This document shows, in pieces, positions 26,509 to 35,812 of a stretch of 64,000 nucleotides of DNA. The notes below the pieces were generated by a model that was not told where the DNA came from, made no database searches, and saw nothing but the letters and a program-made list of their open reading frames with translations. The DNA lies in NCBI GenBank assembly GCA_030831965.1, contig JAURJZ010000080.1, forward strand, positions 60,819 through 124,818, written 5' to 3'. The stretch is from Verrucomicrobiota bacterium. GTDB lineage: Bacteria > Verrucomicrobiota > Verrucomicrobiia > Opitutales > UBA953. Made by a program: the position numbers and the translations under genes. Each line of letters begins with the position of its first letter. Position 1 is the first letter of the stretch.

Positions 26509-26585
26509 GGCGGGAGCGAAGGGAGGGCGGGCGGCAAGGCGAGCCTCGGCTTGCCTGCGGGGGCGAAGGCGGGGAGATTGGCCCC

Positions 26586-27782
26586 ATGCCCGAGTCCGCC
26601 CCCCTCACGGTCAGCGACCTCGCCGAGGTGCTGAAGGCCCAGGTGGGGAGCCTGGGGGCGCTGGAGGTCGCGGGCGAGGTGACCGGCTACAAGCTCTACG
26701 CGTCGTCGGGCCACCACTACTTCTCGATCAAGGACGCGGAGGCGACGGTCGCCTGCGTGCTCTACGCCCACCAGGCCAGGCGGGTGGGCGCGACGCTGCG
26801 GGACGGCATGAAGGTGGTGCTGCGGGCCCGGGCGGACTTCTACGGGCGGATGGGCAAGCTCTCGCTCATCGTCGAGGCGGCCCGGCCCGAGGGCCAGGGC
26901 GACCTCTTCCGCAGGTTCAAGGAGCTGGAGGCGCGGCTGAAGGCCGAGGGGCTCTTCGACGAGGCGCGCAAGCGGCCGCTGCCCGAGTTCCCGCGCACGG
27001 TGGCGTTCGTCACCTCGGCCTCGGGCGCGGTCTGGCACGACTTCACCGAGATCCTGCGCACGCGGGGCTGGACGGGCGCGGCCTGGCTCGTGCCGGCCAA
27101 GGTCCAGGGCGAGGGCTCGCCCGCCTCCGTCATCCGCGGCCTCGCCCGGGCCGCCCGCATCCCGGGCATCGACCTCGTCGTGGTCGGCCGGGGCGGCGGC
27201 TCGATGGAGGACCTCTGGGGCTTCAACGACGAGGCCCTGGTGCGGGCGGTGGCGGCCTGCCCGGTGCCGGTCGTCTCGGCGGTCGGCCACCAGACCGACT
27301 TCACCCTCTGCGACTTCGCGGCGGACCGGCGGGCGGAGACGCCGACCGCGGCGGCCGAGCTGATCGCCTCGGGACGGACGCGGCTGCGCGAGCAGCTGCG
27401 CCTGCTCGCCTCGCGCCTGGCGGGCTGCTCGCCCGCGGCGCGCGTGCGCGAGCTGCACCAGGACCTCGACCTGCTGCGCGAGCGCCTCGGCGGCGCGGTC
27501 GCCGACCGGCTCGCCGGCCTGCGGGCCGAGCTGGCGCGGCTCGCCGCGGACCTCCAGCGCCGGTCGCCGGCGACGCGGCTCGGCGTGGCGCGCGAGCGCC
27601 TCACCCAGCTGCGCAAGCGCCTCGCGGCGGCCGGCTTCGACTCGGTGCTGGCGCGCGGCTTCGCCCTGGTGCGCGACGCCGAGGGCAAGGTGATCGACTC
27701 GCGCGCCGGCGTGACGCGCGGCCGGCGCCTGCGCCTGCGCTTCCGCGACGGCGAGGCCGAGGCCACCGGCGGCGGGGCCTAG
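26586..27782 (+). CDS. xseA: Exodeoxyribonuclease VII large subunit
   Basis: LTVSDLAEVLK...GEVTGYKLYASSGHHYFSIKD (OB fold), GRGGGSMEDLWGFNDE, and VSAVGHQTDFTLCDFAAD. Confidence 0.9.
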   Translation: MPESAPLTVSDLAEVLKAQVGSLGALEVAGEVTGYKLYASSGHHYFSIKDAEATVACVLYAHQARRVGATLRDGMKVVLRARADFYGRMGKLSLIVEAARPEGQGDLFRRFKELEARLKAEGLFDEARKRPLPEFPRTVAFVTSASGAVWHDFTEILRTRGWTGAAWLVPAKVQGEGSPASVIRGLARAARIPGIDLVVVGRGGGSMEDLWGFNDEALVRAVAACPVPVVSAVGHQTDFTLCDFAADRRAETPTAAAELIASGRTRLREQLRLLASRLAGCSPAARVRELHQDLDLLRERLGGAVADRLAGLRAELARLAADLQRRSPATRLGVARERLTQLRKRLAAAGFDSVLARGFALVRDAEGKVIDSRAGVTRGRRLRLRFRDGEAEATGGGA

Positions 27783-28537
27783 GCGCGACGGCGGACGGCC
27801 AGCAGGAACTCGCGGTTGCCCTCGCCGCCGAGCAGGGGCGACTCCATCGAGCCGAGCACCTCGGCGCCCGGCAGCGAGGCGGCGGCCTGGGTGACGGCGG
27901 CGAGGACGCGGGCGTGGATGGCGGGGTCCTTGATCACGCCGCGGGCCTTGTCGGCCTCCTGGCGGGTGGCCTCGAACTGCGGCTTGACCAGGGCGACCAG
28001 CCAGCCGCCGGGGGCGAGGCGGGGCCAGACGGAGGGCAGGACGGTGGTGAGCGAGATGAAGGAGAGATCCATGACGAGGGCGCCGTAGGTCGCGCGGGGC
28101 AGCCGGGCGAGGGGGAGCTCGCGGGCGTTGAGCTTCTCGAGGTTGGTCACGCGGGGGTCGCCGCGCAGCTTGGCGTGGAGCTGGGCCTGGCCGACGTCGA
28201 CGCAGGTGACCTCGGCGGCGCCGCGCTGCAGGAGGCAGTCGGTGAAGCCGCCGGTGGAGGCCCCGACGTCGAGCGCGGCGAGCCCGGCGGGGTCGAGGTT
28301 GAAGCGCTCCAGCGCGCCCTCGAGCTTCTCGCCGCCGCGCGAGACGAAGCGGGGCGGCTGCTCGACGAGCAGGGGGGAGTCGGCCGCCAGCCGCTGCGAG
28401 GACTTGGCGACGACGCTGTCGGGCCCGGTCCTGACCTTGCCCGCCAGGATGAGGGCCTGGGCGAGGGTGCGGGAGGCGGCGAGGCCCCGCTGCACGAGGA
28501 GCTCGTCGGCGCGGACCTTGGGCGCGGAATCAGCCAT
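27779..28537 (-). CDS. tlyA: TlyA family rRNA (cytidine-2'-O)-methyltransferase
   Basis: RADELLVQRGLAASRTLAQALILAGKV (S4 domain), LDVGASTGGFTDCLLQRGA, and DLSFISL. Confidence 0.9.
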   Translation of the reverse strand: MADSAPKVRADELLVQRGLAASRTLAQALILAGKVRTGPDSVVAKSSQRLAADSPLLVEQPPRFVSRGGEKLEGALERFNLDPAGLAALDVGASTGGFTDCLLQRGAAEVTCVDVGQAQLHAKLRGDPRVTNLEKLNARELPLARLPRATYGALVMDLSFISLTTVLPSVWPRLAPGGWLVALVKPQFEATRQEADKARGVIKDPAIHARVLAAVTQAAASLPGAEVLGSMESPLLGGEGNREFLLAVRRRA

Positions 28538-28579
28538 CGGCGGGGAGGCTGGCGCCTCCGGGGCCGGAATGCGAGCGCG

Positions 28580-29261
28580 TCATTCCTCGCGGCGGGAGAA
28601 CAGCCAGAGGAGGTTGCCGAGGGCGGCCACGAAGGCGGCGATGTAGGTCCAGGCCGCGGCGTCGAGGACCTCCTTGGCGCCCTTGGACTCCTCGCGGTCG
28701 AGGAGGCCGGCGGCGAGGAGGGCGCGGTTGGCGCGCGCGGAGGCGTCAAACTCGACCGGCAGCGTGACGAGGGTGAAGACCGTCACGATCGCATAGGCGC
28801 CGATGGCGATGTTGAGCATGGTGCTGCCGGCGCCGCCACCCTGGGTGAAGACAAAGGCGCCGAGCATCAGGATCCAGAAGGCAACCTGGTTGGCGACGAT
28901 GGTCACGGGGACGAGGAGGGATCGGAGCTGGAGGGGCGCGTAGGCGCGGGCGTGCTGGATGGCGTGACCGGCCTCGTGGGCGGCGACGCCGAGGGGCGGC
29001 GACGCTGGTGCCGTCGTAGTTCTCGCTGGAAAGACGCAGCTTGCGGTTGGCGGGGTCGTAGTGGTCGGACAGGAAGCCGTCGACGCGCTCGATGTCGACG
29101 TTGGCAATGCCCTCGGCGCGGAGGATTTCCTCGGCGGCCTCCTTGCCGGTCGCGCCGGATCGGGAGCCGACTTGGCTCCAACGGTTGAAGGTGCCCTTGA
29201 CCTTCCACTGGGCCCAGAGGCCGAGGAGCAGGGGGACGATGATGTAGGCGAGGAAGTCCAT
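28580..29261 (-). pseudogene. YugP-type putative neutral zinc metallopeptidase, interrupted by a 1-nt frameshift
   Basis: The N-terminal part (track ORF 28746..29261, MDFLAYIIVPLLLGLWAQWKV...LSDHYDP...SSENYDGTSVAA) and the C-terminal part (28580..29107 frame, LGVAAHEAGHAIQHARAY...) are contiguous only if one C is removed from the minus-strand CCCC run (plus-strand GGGG at 28993-28996). Confidence 0.8.
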
Positions 29262-29393
29262 GGCTTGCGGAAGGGCTAGGATAGGGAAGTCCGGCCGCTG
29301 GCAAGCGGAGGCGGCCTATAACCGGAGGCGGGAATTGGAGGGGCTGGGATGGCGGCTGGACATCCGGGGCCGCCCCGCGAGAGTGGGCGGGCA

Positions 29394-30161
29394 ATGGCCG
29401 ACCTCCGCATCGCCGACCGCACCTTCCGCAGCCGACTCCTGACCGGCACGGGCAAGTACGCCTCGGCGGCCCAGCTGAGGGCGGTGCTCGACGCGTCGGG
29501 CGCCGAGGTGGTCACGGTGGCCGTCAAGCGGGTGCAGTTCGGGCGACGCGAGGAGGACATTCTCTCGGCCCTCGACCCGGCGCGCCACCTGGTGCTGCCC
29601 AACACCTCGGGGGTGCGCACCGCGGCCGAGGCGGTGTTCGCCGCCGAGCTCGCCCGGGAGGCGCTCGGCACGTCCTGGCTGAAGCTGGAGATCCACCCCG
29701 ACCCGAAATACCTCATGCCGGACCCGGTGGAGACCCTCGCCGCCTGCGCGACGCTGGTCGCGAAGGGCTTCACGGTCCTGCCCTACATCCACGCCGACCC
29801 CGTGCTGGCGAAGCGCCTGGAGGAGGCGGGCGCGGCCGCGGTGATGCCGCTGGGCGCGCCGATCGGCTCGAACCAGGGCCTGCGCACGCGCGACTTCCTG
29901 CGGATCATCGTCGAGCAGGCGCGTGTGCCGGTCATCGTCGACGCCGGCATCGGCGCGCCGTCGCAGGCGGCGGAGGCGATGGAGCTCGGCGCGGACGCCG
30001 TGCTGGTCAACACCGGCATCGCGGCGTCGGGCGACCCCGTGGCGATGGCGGGGGCCTTCCGCAAGGCGGTCGAGGCCGGCCGCGCGGCGCGCGAGGCGGG
30101 GCTCGGCGCCCGCTCGTCGGAGGCCCAGCCGACCTCGCCCCTGACCGGCTTCCTCAGCTGA
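29394..30161 (+). CDS. thiG: Thiazole synthase
   Basis: [19 protein letters not shown]..., [14 protein letters not shown], and [16 protein letters not shown] at 29394. Confidence 0.95.
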   Translation: MADLRIADRTFRSRLLTGTGKYASAAQLRAVLDASGAEVVTVAVKRVQFGRREEDILSALDPARHLVLPNTSGVRTAAEAVFAAELAREALGTSWLKLEIHPDPKYLMPDPVETLAACATLVAKGFTVLPYIHADPVLAKRLEEAGAAAVMPLGAPIGSNQGLRTRDFLRIIVEQARVPVIVDAGIGAPSQAAEAMELGADAVLVNTGIAASGDPVAMAGAFRKAVEAGRAAREAGLGARSSEAQPTSPLTGFLS

Positions 30162-30789
30162 GGTCGCCCCAGGCGGCCGCGGCGGCCGACACCAGCCCGC
30201 GCGCGGCCGCGGCGGGATCGGGCGCGAGGGCGATGGCGGCGCTCACCGCGGCGCCATGCGCGCCGAGGTCCCGGATGGCGGGAAGGTCGGCGGCGGAGAC
30301 GCCGCCGATGACATAGGCGGGAAGGCCGGACGCGCGGATGAGCGCGACGAGGGACTGCGGCGTCTGAACGGGTGCGTGGCCGGGCTTGGACGCGGTCGCG
30401 CGGAAGGGCCCGACGCCGACATAGTCGGGGCGGCCGTCGGCGATGCGGGCGAGGTCGGCGGGCGCGTTGAGCGTGACGCCGAGCCAGGCGTCCGGGGCGA
30501 GCAGCGGACGGGCGAGGGCGGGAAGGGGGTCGGCCCGGCCGAGATGGACGCCGCGCGCGCCGGCGGCGGCGGCCACCTCCGGGCTGTCATTGACGGTCAA
30601 CCACGCGCCGTGCTCCCGGCAGACGGCGGCGACCTCGCGGGCGAGGGCGACCCAGTCGGCAAAGGCGAGCCCCTTGGCGCGGAGCTGGACCCAGCGCACG
30701 CCGCCCAGGCAGGCCGCCCGGGCCTGGTCGGCGTGGGAGAGGGGCGACGCGCCGAGGGTGAGGAACTGGAGCCGGGGGAGCGGGGTCAT
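30154..30789 (-). CDS. thiE: Thiamine-phosphate synthase
   Basis: Start [12 protein letters not shown] (30789). [27 protein letters not shown] and [17 protein letters not shown] overlap with the upstream paralogue. Confidence 0.8.
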   Translation of the reverse strand: MTPLPRLQFLTLGASPLSHADQARAACLGGVRWVQLRAKGLAFADWVALAREVAAVCREHGAWLTVNDSPEVAAAAGARGVHLGRADPLPALARPLLAPDAWLGVTLNAPADLARIADGRPDYVGVGPFRATASKPGHAPVQTPQSLVALIRASGLPAYVIGGVSAADLPAIRDLGAHGAAVSAAIALAPDPAAAARGLVSAAAAAWGDLS

Positions 30790-31460
30790 CGCGCGCCGCG
30801 GCGGCGCGAGGCCTGGCCGAGCCAGGCGCGCTCCAGGTCGAGGAAGGCCGACACGGGATCCTCGGCCTCCCAGACGCAGCCGACGAAGGCGATGCCGTCG
30901 AAGCCGTGATCGCGGGCGCGGGCGGCGTTCTCCGGGGTGACGCCGCCGAGGGCGTAGACGGGGCAGCCGCCCTCGGAGCGCCAGCGCTGGAGGATGACCT
31001 CGAGCTCGCGCGGCGTGCGCCGCGGGGCGTGGTCGCGCTTCGAGACGGAGGGGAAGAGGGGGCCGAGCACGGAGTAGGCGCGGCGGCGGGGCCCGTCGCG
31101 CAGCTCCTCGTAGGAGTGGCAGGAGGTGCTGACGGGGCGGCCCTCGGGCCAGCTGCGAGGGAGGCGCTCGCCGGCCTTGAGGTGGAGGCCGCCGAGGCCG
31201 CGGCTCAGGACGATGTCGGCGTGCGTGTAGAGGACGATGCGGGGCCAGTAAGCCTGCGGGATGTCGTCGAGGAAGCGCTGGTGGTCCTCGGCGGACCAAT
31301 CGGGCTTGCGGAGGTGCAGGCGGCCGAGGCCGGCGTGGAGGAGGCGCTTGAGGACGCGGCGCTCGCCGGGCAGGTCGGGCTCGGGCCGGGTGATGAGGAC
31401 GAGGTTGGGCTCGGCGGGCTCGGCGGCCCGGGGAAGCAGGTTGCGGAGGAACTTGAACAC
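30786..31460 (-). CDS. ThiE/TenI-family paralogue (thiamine-phosphate synthase-like)
   Basis: GLHLKAGERL, VSTSCHSYEEL, AYSVLGPLFPSVSKRDHAP and PVYALGGVTPENA. Same fold signature as ThiE, but the HLGQ(D/E)D-type motif is altered. Confidence 0.65.
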   Translation of the reverse strand: MFKFLRNLLPRAAEPAEPNLVLITRPEPDLPGERRVLKRLLHAGLGRLHLRKPDWSAEDHQRFLDDIPQAYWPRIVLYTHADIVLSRGLGGLHLKAGERLPRSWPEGRPVSTSCHSYEELRDGPRRRAYSVLGPLFPSVSKRDHAPRRTPRELEVILQRWRSEGGCPVYALGGVTPENAARARDHGFDGIAFVGCVWEAEDPVSAFLDLERAWLGQASRRRGAR

Positions 31461-31466
31461 GGGAAA

Positions 31467-31667
31467 TCAGCCGCCCTGGGCGGCCCGGATGACGAGGACG
31501 CTGGCGCCGGGGGCGAGGGGGGTGGAGGTCCAGGCGGAGCGGGGGACGACGGCGCCGTCGACGGCGGCGGCGACCCCGGCCTCGGCGGAAAGACCGAGGG
31601 AGGCGAGGAGGTCGCCGAGGGTGGAGGCCTCGGTGTCGCGGGGCTCGTCATTGAGCAGGATGCGCAC
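31467..31667 (-). CDS. thiS: Sulfur-carrier protein ThiS
   Basis: 66 aa from the GTG at 31667: VRILLNDEPRDTEASTLGDLLASLGL...VLVIRAAQGG, with the diagnostic C-terminal GG. An alternative ATG at 31751 would give 94 aa. Confidence 0.8.
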   Translation of the reverse strand: MRILLNDEPRDTEASTLGDLLASLGLSAEAGVAAAVDGAVVPRSAWTSTPLAPGASVLVIRAAQGG

Positions 31668-31749
31668 GGGAGGACGGTGGGCGGGGTCGGGCGGCGAGGC
31701 AAGCGGGGACGGAGGTTGCGCCGGCGCCGGAAAGGGTTTGGCTGGGGGC

Positions 31750-32349
31750 ATGCGCACCTGGCTAGCCCTTCCCCTTGTCGCCCTCGCCGCCGCCGTCCTC
31801 GCCCAGGACAACCCGGCCGCGCCGAAGCCCGCCTCTCCCATGCCCAACGAAACCGCCCCCCGCGTCGTCATCCGCACCACCGCCGGCGACCTCACCCTCG
31901 AGCTCTGGCCCGATGTCGCCCCGCGCACGGTCGAGAACTTCACCAAGCTGGCCAAGGAGGGCTTCTACAGCGGCACCGCCTTCCACCGCATCATCAAGGG
32001 CTTCATGATCCAGGGCGGCTGTCCCCACACCAAGGCCGGGGCCAAGGGCATGCCCGGCACGGGCGGGCCGGGCTACCAGATCAAGGCCGAGTTCAACGAC
32101 CGTCCGCACGTGCGCGGCGTGATCTCCATGGCGCGCTCCGCCAACCCCGACAGCGCCGGCTGCCAGTTCTTCATCTGCCACGGCGACGCCCGCTTCCTCG
32201 ACCGCCAGTACACCGCCTTCGGCAAGCTGGTCGGCGGCGACGAGGTGCTGGAGAAGATCGCGTCCATCCCCTGCTCGGGGCCGGAGCGCTCGAGCCCCTC
32301 GGAGCGCGTCGAGATCAAGTCGGTCGAGGTCCTGCCCGCGGGCAAGTGA
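31750..32349 (+). CDS. Secreted cyclophilin-type peptidyl-prolyl cis-trans isomerase
   Basis: Signal peptide MRTWLALPLVALAAAVLA. FHRIIKGFMIQGGCP and SAGCQFFICHGD motifs. Confidence 0.9.
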   Translation: MRTWLALPLVALAAAVLAQDNPAAPKPASPMPNETAPRVVIRTTAGDLTLELWPDVAPRTVENFTKLAKEGFYSGTAFHRIIKGFMIQGGCPHTKAGAKGMPGTGGPGYQIKAEFNDRPHVRGVISMARSANPDSAGCQFFICHGDARFLDRQYTAFGKLVGGDEVLEKIASIPCSGPERSSPSERVEIKSVEVLPAGK

Positions 32350-32407
32350 CCCTTCGACCTTTACAGCCCCGCGCGACCGCCTTACCAAGGACCGACCTCA
32401 CCCCACC

Positions 32408-32935
32408 ATGCTCCGCCCGATCGCCCTCCTCGCCCTGACGGCCGCCGCCGCCCAAGCCCACACGCTCGAGTTCCAGCTCGGCACGTCCCGGCCCAGCACG
32501 ACGACCGAGCAGCCCGGCTACCGCAACAATGTGCTGACCGGCCTGGCCTACGCCAACCGCGTGAGCGAGCAGATCTCGGTCGGCGCGACCCTCAGCCAGC
32601 GCGACCTGGAGTCGCGCGACTGGGAAACCGCGGTCTTCGGCGAGGAGGCCCTCACCCTCACCGTCGACCTGACCTGGGAGCTCGGCTCCAAGGATGGCGG
32701 GCTGAAGCCGTTCGCCTCGCTGGGCGCCGGCGCCACCTGGCTCGACGACGCCTCGGGTTCCTCCACCGCGCTGACCGCGACCGCGCAGGGCGGGCTCCGC
32801 TTCGAGGTCTCGGAGGACGTCGACGTGGTCGTGGCGATGCGCCACTTCCGCATGTTCGACGTGGAGATTCCCCTCGCCGGCGAGCAGGACGTCCGCGGCT
32901 GGGAGAGCTACCTCGGGCTGCGCCTCAAGTTCTGA
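32408..32935 (+). CDS. Small outer-membrane beta-barrel protein (OmpW/OmpA-beta-like)
   Basis: Signal peptide MLRPIALLALTAAAAQA. Alternating hydrophobic pattern. C-terminal YLGLRLKF with a terminal Phe. Confidence 0.65.
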   Translation: MLRPIALLALTAAAAQAHTLEFQLGTSRPSTTTEQPGYRNNVLTGLAYANRVSEQISVGATLSQRDLESRDWETAVFGEEALTLTVDLTWELGSKDGGLKPFASLGAGATWLDDASGSSTALTATAQGGLRFEVSEDVDVVVAMRHFRMFDVEIPLAGEQDVRGWESYLGLRLKF

Positions 32936-32950
32936 GGACGGCCCCGGCGC

Positions 32951-32992
32951 CGCGCCAAGGGCCGACGCGAGTCGGCCCTTTTCCTTGGCGCG
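32951..32992. terminator. Long GC hairpin, likely bidirectional terminator between convergent genes
   Basis: Inner hairpin GGGCCGAC-GCGA-GTCGGCCC followed by TTTT (32959-32982), nested in an outer stem CGCGCCAAGG/CCTTGGCGCG (32951-32960 and 32983-32992). Confidence 0.7.
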
Positions 32993-33000
32993 CCCGGCGG

Positions 33001-33846
33001 TCAGCGCGCCGGGGGCAGGCCGGAGGACTCGAGCCAGGCGGCGGCCATCTCGGGCCACTGGCGCGAGGCGCGGGTGGCGCCGCGCACGCCCCAGCCGTGG
33101 CCGCCGTCGGCGAAGACATGGATCTCGGCCTTGCCGCCGGCGTGGCGCAGGGCGGCGGCGAGGTCGACCGAGCCCTGGGCGGGATAGGGATCGTCGGCGC
33201 TGTGGAAGAGGCAGGCGGGGACGGGACGCGAGCCCGGGGCGGGCACGACCCCCTCGGGGCCGTCGCGGAGGGGTCCTGACTTTTCCTGCGCACCGAGGTA
33301 CGCGGGGTAGACGAGGATGACGGCGTCGGGGCGCGGGACGGGCGACTCCGAGGGCTGGTAGGCGAGGCGGGCGACGAGGTTGCCTCCGGCGGAGAAGCCG
33401 ACGGCGGCGATGCGCGACGGGTCGGCGTTCCACTCGGCGGCGCGGGCGCGGGCGATCTCGAGCGCGCGACGCGCGTCGTGCAGGGGGGCGACCCACGGGC
33501 GGGCGGGGTCGCGGCGGGGCACGCGGTAGCGGACGACGGCGGCGGCGTAGCCGAGGGCGTTGAGGCGGCGGGCAACGCCCACGCCCTCGTGGTCCAGCGC
33601 GAGGACGTTGTAGCCGCCGCCGGGGAAGACGAGGACGAGGGAGGCGCCCGGCTTGGCGGCGGGGAAGGGCTCGAGGTCGGGCGCGTGGACGTGGGTGAGG
33701 TGGCCCGACTTGTCGGGGGTGCCGGCGGGGTCGGCGCCGGGGCGGGCGGCGAGCGTCTCGGCGGGCGGGGGCCCGTCCCAGAGCGGGAGGCGGGCGGCGG
33801 GGCAGGCCGCGGCGAGCGCGAGGAGCAGGAGGGCGGGGTTACTCAT
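33001..33846 (-). CDS. Secreted alpha/beta-hydrolase (esterase/lipase-type)
   Basis: Signal peptide. FPGGGYNVLALDHEG, the GFSAGGNL (GxSxG) nucleophile elbow, and HSADDPYP. The start overlaps the upstream permease stop by 8 nt. Confidence 0.8.
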   Translation of the reverse strand: MSNPALLLLALAAACPAARLPLWDGPPPAETLAARPGADPAGTPDKSGHLTHVHAPDLEPFPAAKPGASLVLVFPGGGYNVLALDHEGVGVARRLNALGYAAAVVRYRVPRRDPARPWVAPLHDARRALEIARARAAEWNADPSRIAAVGFSAGGNLVARLAYQPSESPVPRPDAVILVYPAYLGAQEKSGPLRDGPEGVVPAPGSRPVPACLFHSADDPYPAQGSVDLAAALRHAGGKAEIHVFADGGHGWGVRGATRASRQWPEMAAAWLESSGLPPAR

Positions 33847-35125
33847 GGCGAAGGGCCTCGATGGGGTCGAGGCGGGCGGCGCGCACGGCGGGGTAGACGC
33901 CGGCGAGGATGCCGATGGCGACGGAGGAGCCGAGGCCCATGGCCATGACCCCGACGTCGAGGGCGGCGGCGACGCCGCCGGGGACGGCGGCGGAGAGGAT
34001 GGCGTTCATCGCCGCCACGAGCAGGCCCGAGACGGCGAGGCCGATGCAGCCGCCGACGCCGGAGACGACGGCGGCCTCGGCGAGGAACTGGAGGAAGATG
34101 TCGGACCCGCGCGCGCCCACCGCCTTGCGCACGCCGATCTCGCGGATGCGCTCGTTGATGGAGGCGAGCATGACGTTCATGATGCCGATGCCGCCGACGA
34201 AGAGGGAGATGAAGGCGACGCCGCCGAGGGCGAGGGTGAAGGCGCCCTCGGTCTTGCGGAACTCGGCGAGGGTCTCCTCGTTGGTGTCGACCCGGAAGTC
34301 GCGCACGCCGTTGTGGGCCTGGAGCACGGCGCGCTCGACCTGGGGCACGGCGTCCGGGAGGGCCTCCGCCGAGCCGACGCGCACGCCGATGGACGTGAGC
34401 CGGTCGTTGCCGGTAAGCTTCATCGCCGCGGTCTCGACCGGGATGTAGACGCCGCCGTTGCGCCAGCGCCACATGCCGCCGCCCCCGCCCCGTCGGCCGG
34501 AGGCGGGGCGGACGCTGAAGCCGGTGGCCTCGATGGTGTTGAGGACGCCGACCACCTCGAAGCGGCGGCCGCGGACGTTGATGGCCTGGCCGACCGGGTC
34601 GGCGCCCTCGCCGAAGAGCTCGTCGGCCACGGAGGAGCCGATGACGCAGACGTCGGCCCGGGCGAGCTGGTCGAGGTCGGAGAGGAAGCGGCCGCGCTCG
34701 ACCCAGCGGCGCGCGACGGGCAGGAAGTCGGAGGTGACGCCCGTGACCAGGGTGCGGATCTCGCGGTTCTCGCGCAGGACGCGCTCCCAGCCGACCTGCA
34801 GCTCCGGGGAGACGTGCTCCGCCAGGGGGATGGTGGCGCGGAGCAGGCGCGCGTCGCGCAGGGTGATGCCCTCGGATTGCTCGGCGAGGTGCTCCTGGTC
34901 GCGGGGCAGCTGCTCCTTGACCACGGTGACCTTCTCGATGCCGCCCATGGCGTCGACGAACTGGCGGAAGTTGCCCACCATGCCCTGCACGACGGTGACC
35001 ATCGCGACGAGCGAGGCGACGCCGAGGATGATGCCCGACATGGACAGGAGCGAGCGGACCTTGCTCGCGCGGAGCTCGCGGAAGCCGTTGGCCGCGGCGG
35101 GCCGGATGCGGTCGAGCCACCTCAT
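33839..35125 (-). CDS. MacB/FtsX-family ABC transporter permease
   Basis: 428 aa. N-terminal TM segment, large periplasmic domain, then an FtsX 3-TM C-terminus (RIREIGVRKAVGARGSDIFLQFLAEA). Confidence 0.9.
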   Translation of the reverse strand: MRWLDRIRPAAANGFRELRASKVRSLLSMSGIILGVASLVAMVTVVQGMVGNFRQFVDAMGGIEKVTVVKEQLPRDQEHLAEQSEGITLRDARLLRATIPLAEHVSPELQVGWERVLRENREIRTLVTGVTSDFLPVARRWVERGRFLSDLDQLARADVCVIGSSVADELFGEGADPVGQAINVRGRRFEVVGVLNTIEATGFSVRPASGRRGGGGGMWRWRNGGVYIPVETAAMKLTGNDRLTSIGVRVGSAEALPDAVPQVERAVLQAHNGVRDFRVDTNEETLAEFRKTEGAFTLALGGVAFISLFVGGIGIMNVMLASINERIREIGVRKAVGARGSDIFLQFLAEAAVVSGVGGCIGLAVSGLLVAAMNAILSAAVPGGVAAALDVGVMAMGLGSSVAIGILAGVYPAVRAARLDPIEALRHE

Positions 35126-35808
35126 CGCCGCCGGTCCTCCTGGATGCGCCCGGCGCGCATGGTGATGACCCGGGAGGCGTGCTCGGCCACGGCGAGGTCG
35201 TGGGTGACGAGGAGGACCGCGATGCCCTCGCGGCGCAGCTCGGCCAGGAGGGCGAGGACGCGGTCGATGTTGCGGGTGTCGAGGTTGCCGGTCGGCTCGT
35301 CGGCGAGGATGAGCGAGGGCCGGCCGACGATGGCGCGGGCGATGGCGACGCGCTGGCGCTCGCCGCCGGAGAGCTCGGTGGGGCGATGGCCGAGCCGATG
35401 GCCCATGCCGACGCGGTCGAGGGCCTCGCGGGCGCGGGCCTCGCGGGCGGCCTCGCCGCCGGCGTCCTCGCGGTAGAGGAGGGGGAGGGCGACGTTCTCG
35501 ACCACGGTCAGGCGGGGCAGGAGGTTGAAGGACTGGAAGACAAAGCCGACGCGGTGGGACCGGTACCAGGCGCGGCGGTCGGGCGGGAGGTGGCTGACAT
35601 CCTCGCCCTCGAAGAGGATGCGGCCGGCGGTCGGCTGGTCCATGAAGCCGAGGATGTGCATCAGGGTGGACTTGCCGGAGCCGGAGGGCCCGAGGATGGC
35701 GGCGAGCTCGTCGCGCTCGAGGGTGAGGTCGACGCCGTCGAGGGCGTGCACGTCCTCGTCCCCCATGCGGTAGGTCTTGCGGACACCCTGGAGGACGGCG
35801 AGGGCCAT
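35122..35808 (-). CDS. ABC transporter ATP-binding protein (MacB/LolD-type)
   Basis: Walker A GPSGSGKST, signature LSGGERQRVAIARA, Walker B LILADEPTGNLD. Confidence 0.95.
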   Translation of the reverse strand: MALAVLQGVRKTYRMGDEDVHALDGVDLTLERDELAAILGPSGSGKSTLMHILGFMDQPTAGRILFEGEDVSHLPPDRRAWYRSHRVGFVFQSFNLLPRLTVVENVALPLLYREDAGGEAAREARAREALDRVGMGHRLGHRPTELSGGERQRVAIARAIVGRPSLILADEPTGNLDTRNIDRVLALLAELRREGIAVLLVTHDLAVAEHASRVITMRAGRIQEDRRR

Positions 35809-35812
35809 CGGG

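Noticed and set aside
28985-29005. Programmed ribosomal frameshift in the YugP-type peptidase gene.
   Set aside because: I see no canonical slippery heptamer or downstream pseudoknot. A homopolymer (GGGG/CCCC) indel is explained more simply by mutation or sequencing error. It is kept as a pseudogene/frameshift finding to be checked against reads.
29262-29393. Possible TPP (THI-box) riboswitch upstream of thiG. The segment GGGGCUGGGAUGG...CUGGACAUCCGGGGCCGCCCCGCGAGAG has a faint resemblance.
   Set aside because: The invariant CUGAGA, the ACCC pairing partner and the ACCUGAUCUGG...GCG-AGGGA pyrophosphate-sensor helix are not present. The resemblance is limited to GC-rich hairpins. Only an Infernal scan could overturn this.
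31668-31751. Longer ThiS (94 aa) starting at the ATG at 31751.
   Set aside because: The extra 28 residues are Pro/Ala-rich (MPPAKPFPAPAQPPSPLASPPDPAHRPP) and overlap the divergent cyclophilin start. The GTG at 31667 gives the canonical 66-aa ThiS. Not fully excluded.
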